Part shown: positions 44,111-53,344 of the stretch, piece after piece
Position numbering within the stretch: the stretch's first letter is position 1
How the letters are laid out: each line of letters begins with the position of its first letter
Assembly: GCA_963707875.1 (NCBI GenBank)
Contig: CAVPRU010000001.1
Location: 145,591-209,590, forward strand
Direction: 5' to 3'
Length of the DNA: 64,000 nt
DNA from: an uncultured Gemmatimonadales bacterium
Lineage (GTDB): Bacteria > Gemmatimonadota > Gemmatimonadetes > Gemmatimonadales > GWC2-71-9
The notes under the pieces: model-generated
What the model was told of the DNA's origin: nothing
Databases searched by the model: none
The model's input: only the letters and a program-made list of their open reading frames with translations
Program-made: the position numbers and the translations under genes

Positions 44111-46176
44111 TCGTTGAACTGCTCCAGGTGTTCCGACTCCGTCGAGACCGCTGCGGTCGGCGCATCGTCCCCGCCGGAGGCGGCCCCGAAGAACTCATCG
44201 TAGGAAGGCTCCTCCGACGACGACTCGGAGGCCGGAGTGGCCGGGGTGGCGTGCGGCCGTTCCTCAGCGGCAATGGCGGGCTGAGCCGCGGCAGCGTCCT
44301 CACCGAACACATCGGCGAGCGACAACGGCCCCCCGGCATCCCGGGTTGGCTCACCGGCCGGCCCGCGTTCGATGGCCGGAGGGAGAATGGACGAGTCGGT
44401 CGCGGGCGGCGGCGCCTCCAGCACTTCCCGAAGGAACGTGGGCACCGTCACCCCGCCGGTATCCGCCGCTGCACAGCGTCGGGCGGGGGTGCTGGGCTGA
44501 GCGGCTTCGGGCATCACGATGGGTTTCGGTTTGGCCTGCGCCACTTCCAGCTCGAGCCGGCCGATGACCCCCTCGAGGTGACGGTACTCGGGGTCGACCA
44601 CCAGTTGCCGATAGACCGCCAGGGCGAGATCCCGGTGCCCTTGGCGGAGGAACAACTCCGCCATCGACTCGGTGACGATGAACTCGGCCTCGGCAACCAT
44701 CTCCTCGGGTTCCTCGGCCTCAGGCGAGGCTTCGTCCTCGGGCAATTCAGACTCTTGGTCCAGTGCCGACGGCGCGAACGACTCGACCGAAGCCACCGTG
44801 GCTTCGATCGGCTCCCCGGCGGTCGCGGCCTCCGGCTCGACAAAGGGCGAAGCCCACGCGGTCACCAGGGCGCTCTCCTCACGGTCAGCATCAGCATCAG
44901 CATCGGGATCAGTATCAGCGGCGGCACCGGCTTCGAGTTCAGCCTCAGGTTCGGCTTCCGCTTCGTCCTCGGCTGCTTCCTCTGCTTCGTCCTCGATCAG
45001 CGCAAGGTCCTCGATCGCTACCTCCGCCACCGCCGACGCCTCAACCGGGATCGGGAGTGGGTCCACTTCGACTGGCTCCGGCGATTCCGTCGGTTCCTCG
45101 GTGATTTCGGCCTCAGCATCGACGCCAGCCTCGGCCTCGATCAGGTCGGCCTCGACCACCTCGGCTTCGACCAGTTCGGCTACGACCAGGTCGGCTACGA
45201 CCTCATCGGGCTCCGGGGCCCGTGGCGTCCAGCCCACCGGCCCGTCATCGGCCGGAGTTGCATCGGTCGCCCCGGCGCTGACCTCCTCGCGGTCGGCATC
45301 ATCGTCCTCGGCCTTGCGATCGGCATCATCGTCGTCCGCTTCCCGGCCGGCAGCGATGCTCGGGGCCGGGGCCGATGTTGGTGTCGGGTCCTCGCTCCGC
45401 TGGCCACGCCAGGCGGCCCAAGAGGACCACCTTGAGGTGGCCGGCTCTTCCACGGGAGCCTCCTCCACGGGTTCCGGGAAACCGGGGGCATCGGCTTCGG
45501 TGGATTCCGACGTGGCAGCCTCGAGATATTCCCGGAATGGCCCGTCGGAGTCGTTGGTGACCAGGCCGTCGACCGGCTCGGCGCTCGACGCGGAGGGATC
45601 CTCCACCGCCGAAGGCGACTTGAGGCCGCCGGGCATCCACTCGGCCCACTGCGAGGGCTGGGTGGCTGGGGCTGGCTCCTCGACAACCGGCTCCTCGGTC
45701 TCGAGTTCCTTCATCGCCGGGGGCAACGGCTCGGCTGCGAACTGTGCCTGGGCCGGGGCGTTGGTGGGGTCGGGAGCAGCCCGGAGTCGCGCCAGGGCGT
45801 CACGGGCGTCGGAATCTCCCCGGTCCACCTCGAGGAGAACCTCCAGCCGTTCGATCGCCAGATCGGGCCGACCAGTCCGCTCATAAACTTCAGCCACACC
45901 TCGGAGGGCAATCGGGTTGACCGGATCGCGGGCCAGGGCCTGTTGGAACGCCGCTTCTGCCTCAGCAAGCGATTCGCTGTCCAGGCCGCAGCGGCCCTTC
46001 ACGATGAGAGCAGGGATGTACTCGGGGTGCTGACCCAGACCCTGTTCGAGGATCTCCAGAGCGCGCCCGGGATCGCCCGCTTTCCGGTAGGCTTCGGCAA
46101 GCGGTGCGAACATCAGCCCGGTGGGGTTTTCCGTCCACCGTCGCTCGAGTTTTTCGATGTCTCCGGAGATCGCCAT
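44086..46176 (-). CDS. TPR-repeat protein with a long acidic low-complexity linker (696 aa)
   Basis: N-terminal TPR-like repeats ([40 protein letters not shown]). The central ~300 aa are strongly D/E/A/P-rich ([46 protein letters not shown]). The C-terminus ends ..[14 protein letters not shown]. Confidence 0.7.
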   Translation of the reverse strand: MAISGDIEKLERRWTENPTGLMFAPLAEAYRKAGDPGRALEILEQGLGQHPEYIPALIVKGRCGLDSESLAEAEAAFQQALARDPVNPIALRGVAEVYERTGRPDLAIERLEVLLEVDRGDSDARDALARLRAAPDPTNAPAQAQFAAEPLPPAMKELETEEPVVEEPAPATQPSQWAEWMPGGLKSPSAVEDPSASSAEPVDGLVTNDSDGPFREYLEAATSESTEADAPGFPEPVEEAPVEEPATSRWSSWAAWRGQRSEDPTPTSAPAPSIAAGREADDDDADRKAEDDDADREEVSAGATDATPADDGPVGWTPRAPEPDEVVADLVVAELVEAEVVEADLIEAEAGVDAEAEITEEPTESPEPVEVDPLPIPVEASAVAEVAIEDLALIEDEAEEAAEDEAEAEPEAELEAGAAADTDPDADADADREESALVTAWASPFVEPEAATAGEPIEATVASVESFAPSALDQESELPEDEASPEAEEPEEMVAEAEFIVTESMAELFLRQGHRDLALAVYRQLVVDPEYRHLEGVIGRLELEVAQAKPKPIVMPEAAQPSTPARRCAAADTGGVTVPTFLREVLEAPPPATDSSILPPAIERGPAGEPTRDAGGPLSLADVFGEDAAAAQPAIAAEERPHATPATPASESSSEEPSYDEFFGAASGGDDAPTAAVSTESEHLEQFNEWLRGLKR

Positions 46177-46335
46177 GTCGTCTCACACGTAAGTCGTTGT
46201 GGCGCTTGGACTAAGAGTACTCCCGCGCCTCGGTGGTGTCAAATTGGCTCGCCCGACTCCAGCTTGAGCTTCAGCGGTGTTCTGCGTAGACTTATGCCTC
46301 TTTTTTCTCGCACCCAGGCAGGGGTCGTTCAGCCC

Positions 46336-48168
46336 ATGATGCAGGCCTTCCGAAACAGCGCTACTCCGCTCATCACCATTGTGGCCGTCGCGTTCTTTGC
46401 GTGGCTCGTGTTTGATCTCAGCGGGCTGACCGGCGGTACCGGTTTCCTGACCACCACGTCCGTCGGCAAGATCAACGGGCAATCGGTGGAATCCAGAGCG
46501 TTCCAGGAGGCGGTGTCTCGGGCGACCGAACAGCGCCAGCGCGAGTCCACCCAGTCCCTTGGTATTGCTGAGGTTTCGCAAATTCGGGACCAAGTATGGG
46601 AACAGTTCATCCAGGAGCGAATTCTGGAGGAGGAATATCGCCGAATCGGTATCTCCGTATCCCCACAGGAGATAGCTGAGGCCATCCGATACGCCCCTCC
46701 ACCCGAATTCCAGCAACAGGCCGAATTTCAGACGGACGGGACCTTCGACCAGACGAAATATGAGCGATGGCTCGCATCCTCCGGGGGTCAGGCCCTTATC
46801 CCGCTGCTGGATGCCCAGTACCGGGGCCAGATCCTGCAGAGCAAGCTCGCCCGCCACTTGGTCGCCGACGTCTACCCCTCCGACCCCGAACTGTGGGAGC
46901 GGTACCGGGACCTGAACGAAATGGCCACTGTGGGCGTGGTCAAGGTGGGTCAGGAGGTTGTGACCGATGCGTCGATCACCGTGACCCCCACTGAGGTTGG
47001 AGAGTACTACGGGGCGCATCCAGACGAATTCAAAACCGGCCGGACGGCATGGCTCAGCTACCTGGTGCTCGATCGTCGGCCGATCGCCTCAGATACCATG
47101 GCAGCTCAGGATCGGGCCCTGGCGATCCGGGCGGAGATCGTGGGAGGGGTCGCGTTCGAGGAGGTCGCCCGGCGCGAGTCGGCCGACACCATCTCCGGCA
47201 GCCAGGGGGGAGATCTCGGAGAGTGGAGCCGAGGATCGTTCGACCCGACGTTCGAAACCGCGGCCTGGGCACTGCCGCTCAACACCGTGTCTCAGCCGGT
47301 CGCGACCCCGTTCGGCTACCACCTGATCGAGATCACCAAGCGCTCGGCGGACAAGGTCACCGGGCGACACATCCTGATTCCGATTGAAGTTACCGGCGCC
47401 CATCGGGAGGAGCTCGATACCCGGGCCGACAGCCTGGAGGCCTTGGCGGCGGACGTGCTCGACCCGGCTGCCCTCGACACGGCCGCGCGAGCCATGGGCC
47501 TTCAGATCATCCGGACCGGCGCGGTGGTCGAGGGTGGGGAGCAGACGACCATCCCTGACGCGATGATCTGGGCATTCACGGCCGAGGTTGGCGAGAACAG
47601 CCCGGTGATCGAGACCCCGGGAGCCTTCTTCGTGTTCCGGGTGGACAGCACCCGGGCGGCGGGTGTCCCCCCGATGGCCGCCATCCGACCCGAAATCGAG
47701 AATCGAATCCGCCGGCAGCGGAAGGCCGCCGAGGCCCGAAAGCTGGGGCAGGAACTGGCCACCCGGAGCCGGGCCGACGGCCTGGCCAATGCAGCCGCGT
47801 CGCTGGGGCTCAGCTACAGCGTGAGCGGACCGTTCAACCGGGTGAATGCCGGGACACTGGGCGGACAGGCGGCGGGGGCCGCGTTCGCGCTTGCCCCCGG
47901 CGAGGTGTCGGGCCCGGTCGAATGGCAGGGCGGCTTCTGGGTGCTGCAGGGTGTGAGCCGGACGGCGGCAGACAGCACGCAATTCGTGGCCAGCCTCCCC
48001 GCGTTCCGGGAGCAGGCGCTCGGGAGCGCCAGCCAACTCCTGATCCGGCAGTACTTCACCGCGCTTCGGGCCAAGGCCAAGGTGGTGGACAATCGGAGGG
48101 TGATCTATCAAACCGCGGCTCAGGCGGAGGCAGCGGCCGGAGCGATCCCGGGGCAGAACCCCCGATAG
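46336..48168 (+). CDS. Membrane-anchored periplasmic chaperone / peptidyl-prolyl isomerase (PpiD/SurA-like)
   Basis: Start taken at MMQAFRNSATPLITIVAVAFFAWLVF (N-terminal anchor, ATG 46336). Parvulin motif FGYHLIEITKR. The track start 45943 would overlap the divergent TPR gene. Confidence 0.8.
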   Translation: MMQAFRNSATPLITIVAVAFFAWLVFDLSGLTGGTGFLTTTSVGKINGQSVESRAFQEAVSRATEQRQRESTQSLGIAEVSQIRDQVWEQFIQERILEEEYRRIGISVSPQEIAEAIRYAPPPEFQQQAEFQTDGTFDQTKYERWLASSGGQALIPLLDAQYRGQILQSKLARHLVADVYPSDPELWERYRDLNEMATVGVVKVGQEVVTDASITVTPTEVGEYYGAHPDEFKTGRTAWLSYLVLDRRPIASDTMAAQDRALAIRAEIVGGVAFEEVARRESADTISGSQGGDLGEWSRGSFDPTFETAAWALPLNTVSQPVATPFGYHLIEITKRSADKVTGRHILIPIEVTGAHREELDTRADSLEALAADVLDPAALDTAARAMGLQIIRTGAVVEGGEQTTIPDAMIWAFTAEVGENSPVIETPGAFFVFRVDSTRAAGVPPMAAIRPEIENRIRRQRKAAEARKLGQELATRSRADGLANAAASLGLSYSVSGPFNRVNAGTLGGQAAGAAFALAPGEVSGPVEWQGGFWVLQGVSRTAADSTQFVASLPAFREQALGSASQLLIRQYFTALRAKAKVVDNRRVIYQTAAQAEAAAGAIPGQNPR

Positions 48169-48185
48169 CTGGTCCGGGGGCCAAG

Positions 48186-48223
48186 ACGCACAAGGGCGAC
48201 CTGCGAGGGTCGCCCTTGTGCGT
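48186..48223. terminator. Perfect 16-bp GC-rich hairpin between convergent genes (candidate bidirectional terminator)
   Basis: ACGCACAAGGGCGACC-tgcgag-GGTCGCCCTTGTGCGT, lying between the PPIase stop (48168) and the tatA stop (48240). No clear U-tract on either side. Confidence 0.55.
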
Positions 48224-48239
48224 GGGTGGCGTTGCGCGG

Positions 48240-48497
48240 CTATTGGGAAAGCCGTTTGGGCTCGCCGCTGCTGCTGGTGCCGCTGCTGTTCTGGTCGGGA
48301 CTGTCAATTCGGCGAGCGGCCGGACCATCGTCCGGAGGCAGATTGCTGACCGAATTATTGACCTCCGAGAGGCTCCGCTTGAACTCGCGAATTCCCTTGC
48401 CCATCGAAGCCCCGATCTCCGGCAGCCGCTTGGCGCCGAACAGCAGGAGGACCACGGCCAGGATGGCCAGGATTTCGCCGAAACCGAGATTGGGCAT
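48240..48497 (-). CDS. tatA: Twin-arginine translocase subunit TatA/E
   Basis: MPNLGFGEILAILAVVLLLFGAKRLPEIGASMGKGIREFK (canonical TatA N-terminus). Confidence 0.9.
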   Translation of the reverse strand: MPNLGFGEILAILAVVLLLFGAKRLPEIGASMGKGIREFKRSLSEVNNSVSNLPPDDGPAARRIDSPDQNSSGTSSSGEPKRLSQ

Positions 48498-48521
48498 TAG
48501 GCGCTCCGCGTGCCTTGGGGA

Positions 48522-48794
48522 TCAGAACAGGGACCGGGCCACCAGGTAAGCCAGCACCACGCCGACCACGCTGAGCAGCGAGACGTCCAGCCCTACCGGG
48601 CCCAAGGTGAAGTTTACCACCAGGAGATCGATCTGGGCAGGGCCGAACGACGGCTGGACCGCAAAGGTGAAGAAATCCTTGGTCGGGCTCTCCGGGAGGA
48701 ACCGCCGGAGGAGGGCGGTCATGAAACCACCCAGCAGGAACCCCATCGTCAGAACTCCGAGGTGGTAAAGGGGCCGTCGTGGACCACCGCGCAT
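48522..48794 (-). CDS. Small membrane protein (DUF4321-like)
   Basis: 90 aa (or a shorter product from internal Met 17) with hydrophobic N- and C-terminal helices, ..LDVSLLSVVGVVLAYLVARSLF. The family assignment is from memory of the DUF4321 pattern, not a search. Confidence 0.5.
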   Translation of the reverse strand: MRGGPRRPLYHLGVLTMGFLLGGFMTALLRRFLPESPTKDFFTFAVQPSFGPAQIDLLVVNFTLGPVGLDVSLLSVVGVVLAYLVARSLF

Positions 48795-49783
48795 CAGCGC
48801 CTCCGGTCGAGCACGTAGGTGAGGCTGGCCCGGAGCGTCTCCCGGGCTGGGGATGCCGGGAGCAGGGCAAGCTCCTCCTCGGCGCGTTCGGCATAGTGCT
48901 GGGCCCGTTCCCGCGCCACCACCAGCCCGCCGGCCTCGGTCACGCCGGCCACCACCGCCGAGATCTGGTCATCGCTCGGGGACGGGGTGGCCATGAGGTC
49001 ATCCACCGAGGCCCGCTGGGCCGCGGTCATCTGCGGCAGGGCGGCGATCAGCGGCAGAGTGACCTTGTGCTCCCGAAGATCCAGTCCTGACGGCTTGCCG
49101 GTCACGCTCTCCGGCTGGGTGAAGTCCAGCAGATCATCGACGATCTGGAACGCCATCCCCAGCGCGTCACCGAACCGGGCCATCGCCTGTCGGATCTCAG
49201 GGGCCGCCGTCAGCGCCCCGCATTCGGCCGCCCCGGACAGCAGCGAGCCGGTCTTCGACCGGATGAGCAGGGTGTACTCCTCGTCGGTGTAGCGGAGACG
49301 GTCATGGGCCAGCAGCTGACGCATCTCCCCGACGGTCATCTCGTTGGTGACCCGGGCAAGTACCCTCAGGGGTTCCAGGTCGGCCAGGTGGACCAGTTCG
49401 ATCACGGCCCGGGAGTAGAGGTAGTCTCCCATGATCACCGAGACCTGGTGACTGAACAGGGAGTTGATGGTCGGCATCCCCCGGCGAAGCACCGAGTGGT
49501 CCACGGAGTCATCGTGCACCAGGGTGGCCAGGTGAATCAGTTCGACGACGGCGGCCAGATCCACCGATCGGGGATCCAGCGTGCCAACGGCCTCGTCCAC
49601 CAGCAGCAGGATGGTCGGCCGGAACATCTTGCCCTGCATCTGGAGCAGGTGGGCGTTGACCGTGTCGATCAGATCGAAGTCGGCGGCCACCAGCGAGCCG
49701 ATCCGCGCCCGGACAGACTCGAGCCGGGATTCGAGGCCCGACTGAAGGGTCGTCAGGGTGACGGTGCCGGTCTCGGAGGTCAT
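48794..49783 (-). CDS. Polyprenyl diphosphate synthase (IspB-like, long-chain trans-prenyltransferase)
   Basis: First DDxxD in LVHDDSVD..RRG and second in FQIVDDLLD. About 329 aa, typical of octa-/heptaprenyl synthases. Confidence 0.9.
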   Translation of the reverse strand: MTSETGTVTLTTLQSGLESRLESVRARIGSLVAADFDLIDTVNAHLLQMQGKMFRPTILLLVDEAVGTLDPRSVDLAAVVELIHLATLVHDDSVDHSVLRRGMPTINSLFSHQVSVIMGDYLYSRAVIELVHLADLEPLRVLARVTNEMTVGEMRQLLAHDRLRYTDEEYTLLIRSKTGSLLSGAAECGALTAAPEIRQAMARFGDALGMAFQIVDDLLDFTQPESVTGKPSGLDLREHKVTLPLIAALPQMTAAQRASVDDLMATPSPSDDQISAVVAGVTEAGGLVVARERAQHYAERAEEELALLPASPARETLRASLTYVLDRRR

Positions 49784-51723
49784 CCGGCGTTTCCCTGGGC
49801 CAGGCGGTGCAGGCGATCACTCACGTCAAGGAAGGTAATGTCCATCGCCATGGCGCGTTCATACCACCGCATCGCTTCCGCCTGCCGGCCCTGTTCCTCC
49901 ACCGCCCGTCCCATCCAGTAGAGCAGGCCGATCTTCTCGCCCCCGACATCGGGAAGCGAGTCGACGGCCCGGGACATGACGGCCTCCGCGATCCCGAAGC
50001 GTCCCTTTTCGTAGAACGCCATGCCCAGCGCCTCGGCGCTCTTGAGCATGCCCCCGGGGGCGTGGAGCGCCTGCTGGAACTGGGCGATCGCCTCGTCCAA
50101 CAGGCCCATTTCCTTGAAGGCGATCCCCAGGTCGTAGTGAGTCTGGAAGTCATTGGCGTCGACGTTGGCCGCCAACCCTTCCTTGAACTGAGCGAGCGTT
50201 TCCAGGAAATCCTGATCCTCGTCGCCGACCGGCTCCCCCTGTTCCACCCGCATCCTGGTATCGCGATCCGGCTCCGGGTCAAGGATCAAAGCGCCCAAAT
50301 CGATGAAGCCGCCTTCCGGGATCGTCTCGCCCGCGGCGGCGGTCGCCTCGATGGCCGGGTTGAGTGCGGCAATCGCGGCCACCGCGATGGCGTTGGCCGG
50401 CTCATGATCCAGTACGCGCTCATACACCATCGACGCATTGGTGGTTGCCCCGATCTGAACCAGGGCGTCGCCCAGGGCGAGGTACGCTGCCACCAGGATG
50501 TCCTTCTCACCCGTGCGATAGGCCAGTTCCACCCGCTTCTGCAGCCACGCCACCTTGCGCGGCTCGTGGCGCGCCAGTTCCACCACGATTTCCAGGGCGT
50601 CGGTCCAGCGGCCCTCCCGCTCGCAGCCGGCCAGTTGCAGTTCCAAGGCGGTTTCCCGGCTCCCGGCCCCGGCCTCGTGACGGGAGGGCGGCGACCGGTG
50701 CGGAGCTTCGGTCTCCACGTCGAGCCCGTCGAACAAAGCGTCACCTGGCAGACTGAGCCCGGCGGTCTGCCCGACTGGGGGCTCATCCAGTTCGAGAAGG
50801 TGGTGGGTCGGTTCCAGGCCGGGCACCTCGAGCAGTTCCGGCTCGGGATACTCGATCAGCAGGTCCACCTCGGGGACGTCGGATCCCGCATCATCGAACT
50901 GGGTAGGTTCGTAGCCGCCGATCGGCGTCGTGATGCCGGGCGCGAACACCTCGTCGACCGAGGTAGGCTCCACCATGTCCAGGAGCTCGTGGGCGCCGGA
51001 TTCCGGCCCCTCTCCGATCCCGGTTCCGACCAGCCCGGGAAGGGGCTCCGCCTCAGGCGGGCGGTTCCGAGCGAAGGGAGGCGGCTCGAAGCCCGTGTCC
51101 AGAAAGACCAGGCCGCCGGCCCCCCGCCATGGCCCGCCGGGCCCGGTCGAGGACCGCTGGGGTGACGGGCTGGGGTGGGTCGCATCGGGAGCCTCATCAG
51201 CCAGCCCGTCAAACGTCTCGGCGGTCGGCTCTTCGACGTCCTTCAGCAGCTCATTGATCGCGGTCGTCAACTCCTGGCTGGCCGAGAACCGCAGAGCGAA
51301 CCCTCTCAGTGCCTTGGCCGCCTCCGCCAACTGCCCGACTCCCTGCATCCGTTCGAAGTACTCGGTAGCATTCCGCCTGGCCTCGGCCACGACGTTCTTC
51401 CGGGCGTGCAGCTCGGCCAGCCGGAGATACACCTGGATCCGCCGGGCGTCCACCCGCAGCATCTTCCCGCACAGCGCGATGGCGTTGTTGAAGAAGCCCT
51501 GATCGCCGTAGTAGTCGGCCGCCCGCTCATAGGCCTTGAGCGCGGCACCCTGGTCCCCCGCCTTGAGCTCGAGATCGCCTACCCGATTAAAGAGGGAGGG
51601 ATCGACCGGCTCACCGGCATCGGCCAGTTCTTCGGCAGCCCGGATGTAGGTCTCAATAGCCTTGCGCCACTCCTCACGGAGTTCGTATCGGCGGGCGGTC
51701 TCTTTGAGCTTATCGAGATTCAT
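49780..51723 (-). CDS. TPR-repeat protein with a Pro/acidic central linker (647 aa)
   Basis: TPR-like repeats at both the N-terminus and the C-terminus (ALKAYERAADYYGDQGFFNNAIALCGKML..; AIAQFQQALH..AEAMRWYERAMAMD). The central segment is low complexity. ATGA overlap with the prenyl synthase start. Confidence 0.7.
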   Translation of the reverse strand: MNLDKLKETARRYELREEWRKAIETYIRAAEELADAGEPVDPSLFNRVGDLELKAGDQGAALKAYERAADYYGDQGFFNNAIALCGKMLRVDARRIQVYLRLAELHARKNVVAEARRNATEYFERMQGVGQLAEAAKALRGFALRFSASQELTTAINELLKDVEEPTAETFDGLADEAPDATHPSPSPQRSSTGPGGPWRGAGGLVFLDTGFEPPPFARNRPPEAEPLPGLVGTGIGEGPESGAHELLDMVEPTSVDEVFAPGITTPIGGYEPTQFDDAGSDVPEVDLLIEYPEPELLEVPGLEPTHHLLELDEPPVGQTAGLSLPGDALFDGLDVETEAPHRSPPSRHEAGAGSRETALELQLAGCEREGRWTDALEIVVELARHEPRKVAWLQKRVELAYRTGEKDILVAAYLALGDALVQIGATTNASMVYERVLDHEPANAIAVAAIAALNPAIEATAAAGETIPEGGFIDLGALILDPEPDRDTRMRVEQGEPVGDEDQDFLETLAQFKEGLAANVDANDFQTHYDLGIAFKEMGLLDEAIAQFQQALHAPGGMLKSAEALGMAFYEKGRFGIAEAVMSRAVDSLPDVGGEKIGLLYWMGRAVEEQGRQAEAMRWYERAMAMDITFLDVSDRLHRLAQGNAG

Positions 51724-51810
51724 CCGGCTCGGTGGTCAGGGGAGGAATCGGCCGAATACCTTGTGACACAACAAGATAGGGCTCCGGGATACCGCTATCA
51801 AGGCAACCCG

Positions 51811-53331
51811 TCAGGGCGGGGGGTCCAGGGTCCCGTCGGCGATCGCCCGGGTCAACCGTTCCAGATCGTGGGTGGGGGGCCGATCGGCTCCCAGCGGAGC
51901 GACCGGATCGTCCATGGTGCGGATCCGGCGGTGAAGCTCGGCCACTCCGCGGCCCGGCCGGAGGGGAGCCAGGAATTCGAGCCCCTGGGCGGCACAATAG
52001 AACTCGGCGGCCACCACCCGCTGGGCGTTCTGGAGAATCCGTTGAGCCTTGTAGGCCGCCGCCATCCCCATCGGGACAAAGTCCTCCTGGTTGGCGTCGG
52101 TGGGGATCGAGCCAATCGACCCGGGCATCGCCAGCGCCCGGGACTCGGCCACCAGCGACGCAGCGGTGATCTGAACCATCATGAAACCGGACGAAAGCCC
52201 TGGATCGGCCGTGAGGAAGGCCGGGAGCCCCTGTGACAGGTCGGGATTGACCAGCCGCTCGACTCGACGTTCGGCCAGCGCCTGAAGGGTGGTGAGTGCG
52301 ATGGCCAGGAAGTCCAGCGCCTGAGCCACAGGCTGGCCATGGAAGTTGCCCCCGGAGAGGACCTCATCACCAAAGACCAGGGGGTTGTCGGTCGAGGCAT
52401 TGAGTTCAATCGCCGCCACCGCCTTGGCGAACCCGATGGCGTCGGCCCCGGAGCCAAGGACCTGCGGGGTGCATCGCAAGCTGTAGGCGTCCTGCACCCG
52501 ATCATCGCCCTCCCGATGGGATTCCCGGATCTCGCTGTCGGCCAGGAGTTCGAGCATCATGGCCGCGGTCCGGACCTGCCCGGCATGGGGCCTGGCCGCA
52601 TGAATCCGGGAGTCCAGCGGGGTCGGGGTGCCCCGAAGAGCCTCCAGGCTCATTGCCGCGGCACCGACCGCCGAACGCCAGAGCACCTCGGCATCGTGCA
52701 CCAGGAGGGCAAGCAGGGCGGTCTGGGCCTGGGTTCCGTTGATGAAGGACAGGCCCTCCTTGGCGGCGAAGCGGAACGGAGTGAGACTGGCAGCGGCCAG
52801 GACCGGGCCGGCCGGGGTGGCGCGGCCGGAGGCATCGAGCACGGCGCCCTCGCCGGCCAGGGCCAGGGCCAGATGGGCCAGTGGCGCCAGGTCCCCGCTC
52901 GCGCCCACGCTTCCCTGGCTCGGCACCACGGGTACGATCCCGGCGTTGATCAGGTCGGCCAGGGCGGAGATCAGGGCCGGACGGACGCCACTGGTCGGTC
53001 GCATGAGGACGTTGGCCCGAAGGATCATCATGCCCCGCACGACCTCGCGCGGGAGCAGGTCGCCGACACCGGCCGCATGGCTCCGAATCAGATTGAGCTG
53101 GAGCTGTTCCAGATCGGTCGGGCTGATTCGGACATTCGCCAGCTTCCCGAACCCGGTATTGATGCCGTAGATCGTCTCGCCCCGCGCCAGGGCCGCCTCC
53201 ACGGCCTGGCGGCTCGCCGCGACCGCCATCAGGGCTTCAGGGTCCAGCGTCACGTTCCCGGTGCCGCGGGCGGCCCGGACCAGATCGGCGATTTCGAGCG
53301 AACGGCCATCCAGACGGAGAACGGGGGTCAC
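51811..53331 (-). CDS. hutH: Histidine ammonia-lyase (aromatic amino acid lyase family)
   Basis: GSVGASGDLAPLAHLAL (Ala-Ser-Gly MIO-forming triad). Length 506 aa. Confidence 0.85.
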   Translation of the reverse strand: MTPVLRLDGRSLEIADLVRAARGTGNVTLDPEALMAVAASRQAVEAALARGETIYGINTGFGKLANVRISPTDLEQLQLNLIRSHAAGVGDLLPREVVRGMMILRANVLMRPTSGVRPALISALADLINAGIVPVVPSQGSVGASGDLAPLAHLALALAGEGAVLDASGRATPAGPVLAAASLTPFRFAAKEGLSFINGTQAQTALLALLVHDAEVLWRSAVGAAAMSLEALRGTPTPLDSRIHAARPHAGQVRTAAMMLELLADSEIRESHREGDDRVQDAYSLRCTPQVLGSGADAIGFAKAVAAIELNASTDNPLVFGDEVLSGGNFHGQPVAQALDFLAIALTTLQALAERRVERLVNPDLSQGLPAFLTADPGLSSGFMMVQITAASLVAESRALAMPGSIGSIPTDANQEDFVPMGMAAAYKAQRILQNAQRVVAAEFYCAAQGLEFLAPLRPGRGVAELHRRIRTMDDPVAPLGADRPPTHDLERLTRAIADGTLDPPP

Positions 53332-53344
53332 GCGGGCATCCTGG

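Noticed and set aside
44886-44925. Short tandem DNA repeats (cagcatcagcatcagcatc..gatcagtatcag) and other periodic stretches at about 44900-45250
   Set aside because: They lie inside the acidic low-complexity coding region of the TPR protein (DADADAD / EAEAE tracts). There are no spacers and no repeat-spacer architecture, so this is not a CRISPR array or a non-coding satellite.
48168-48240. Possible small gene or sRNA in the ppiD-tatA convergent spacer
   Set aside because: The 72-nt spacer is almost entirely taken up by the 16-bp hairpin, already annotated as a terminator candidate. There is no room for an ORF.
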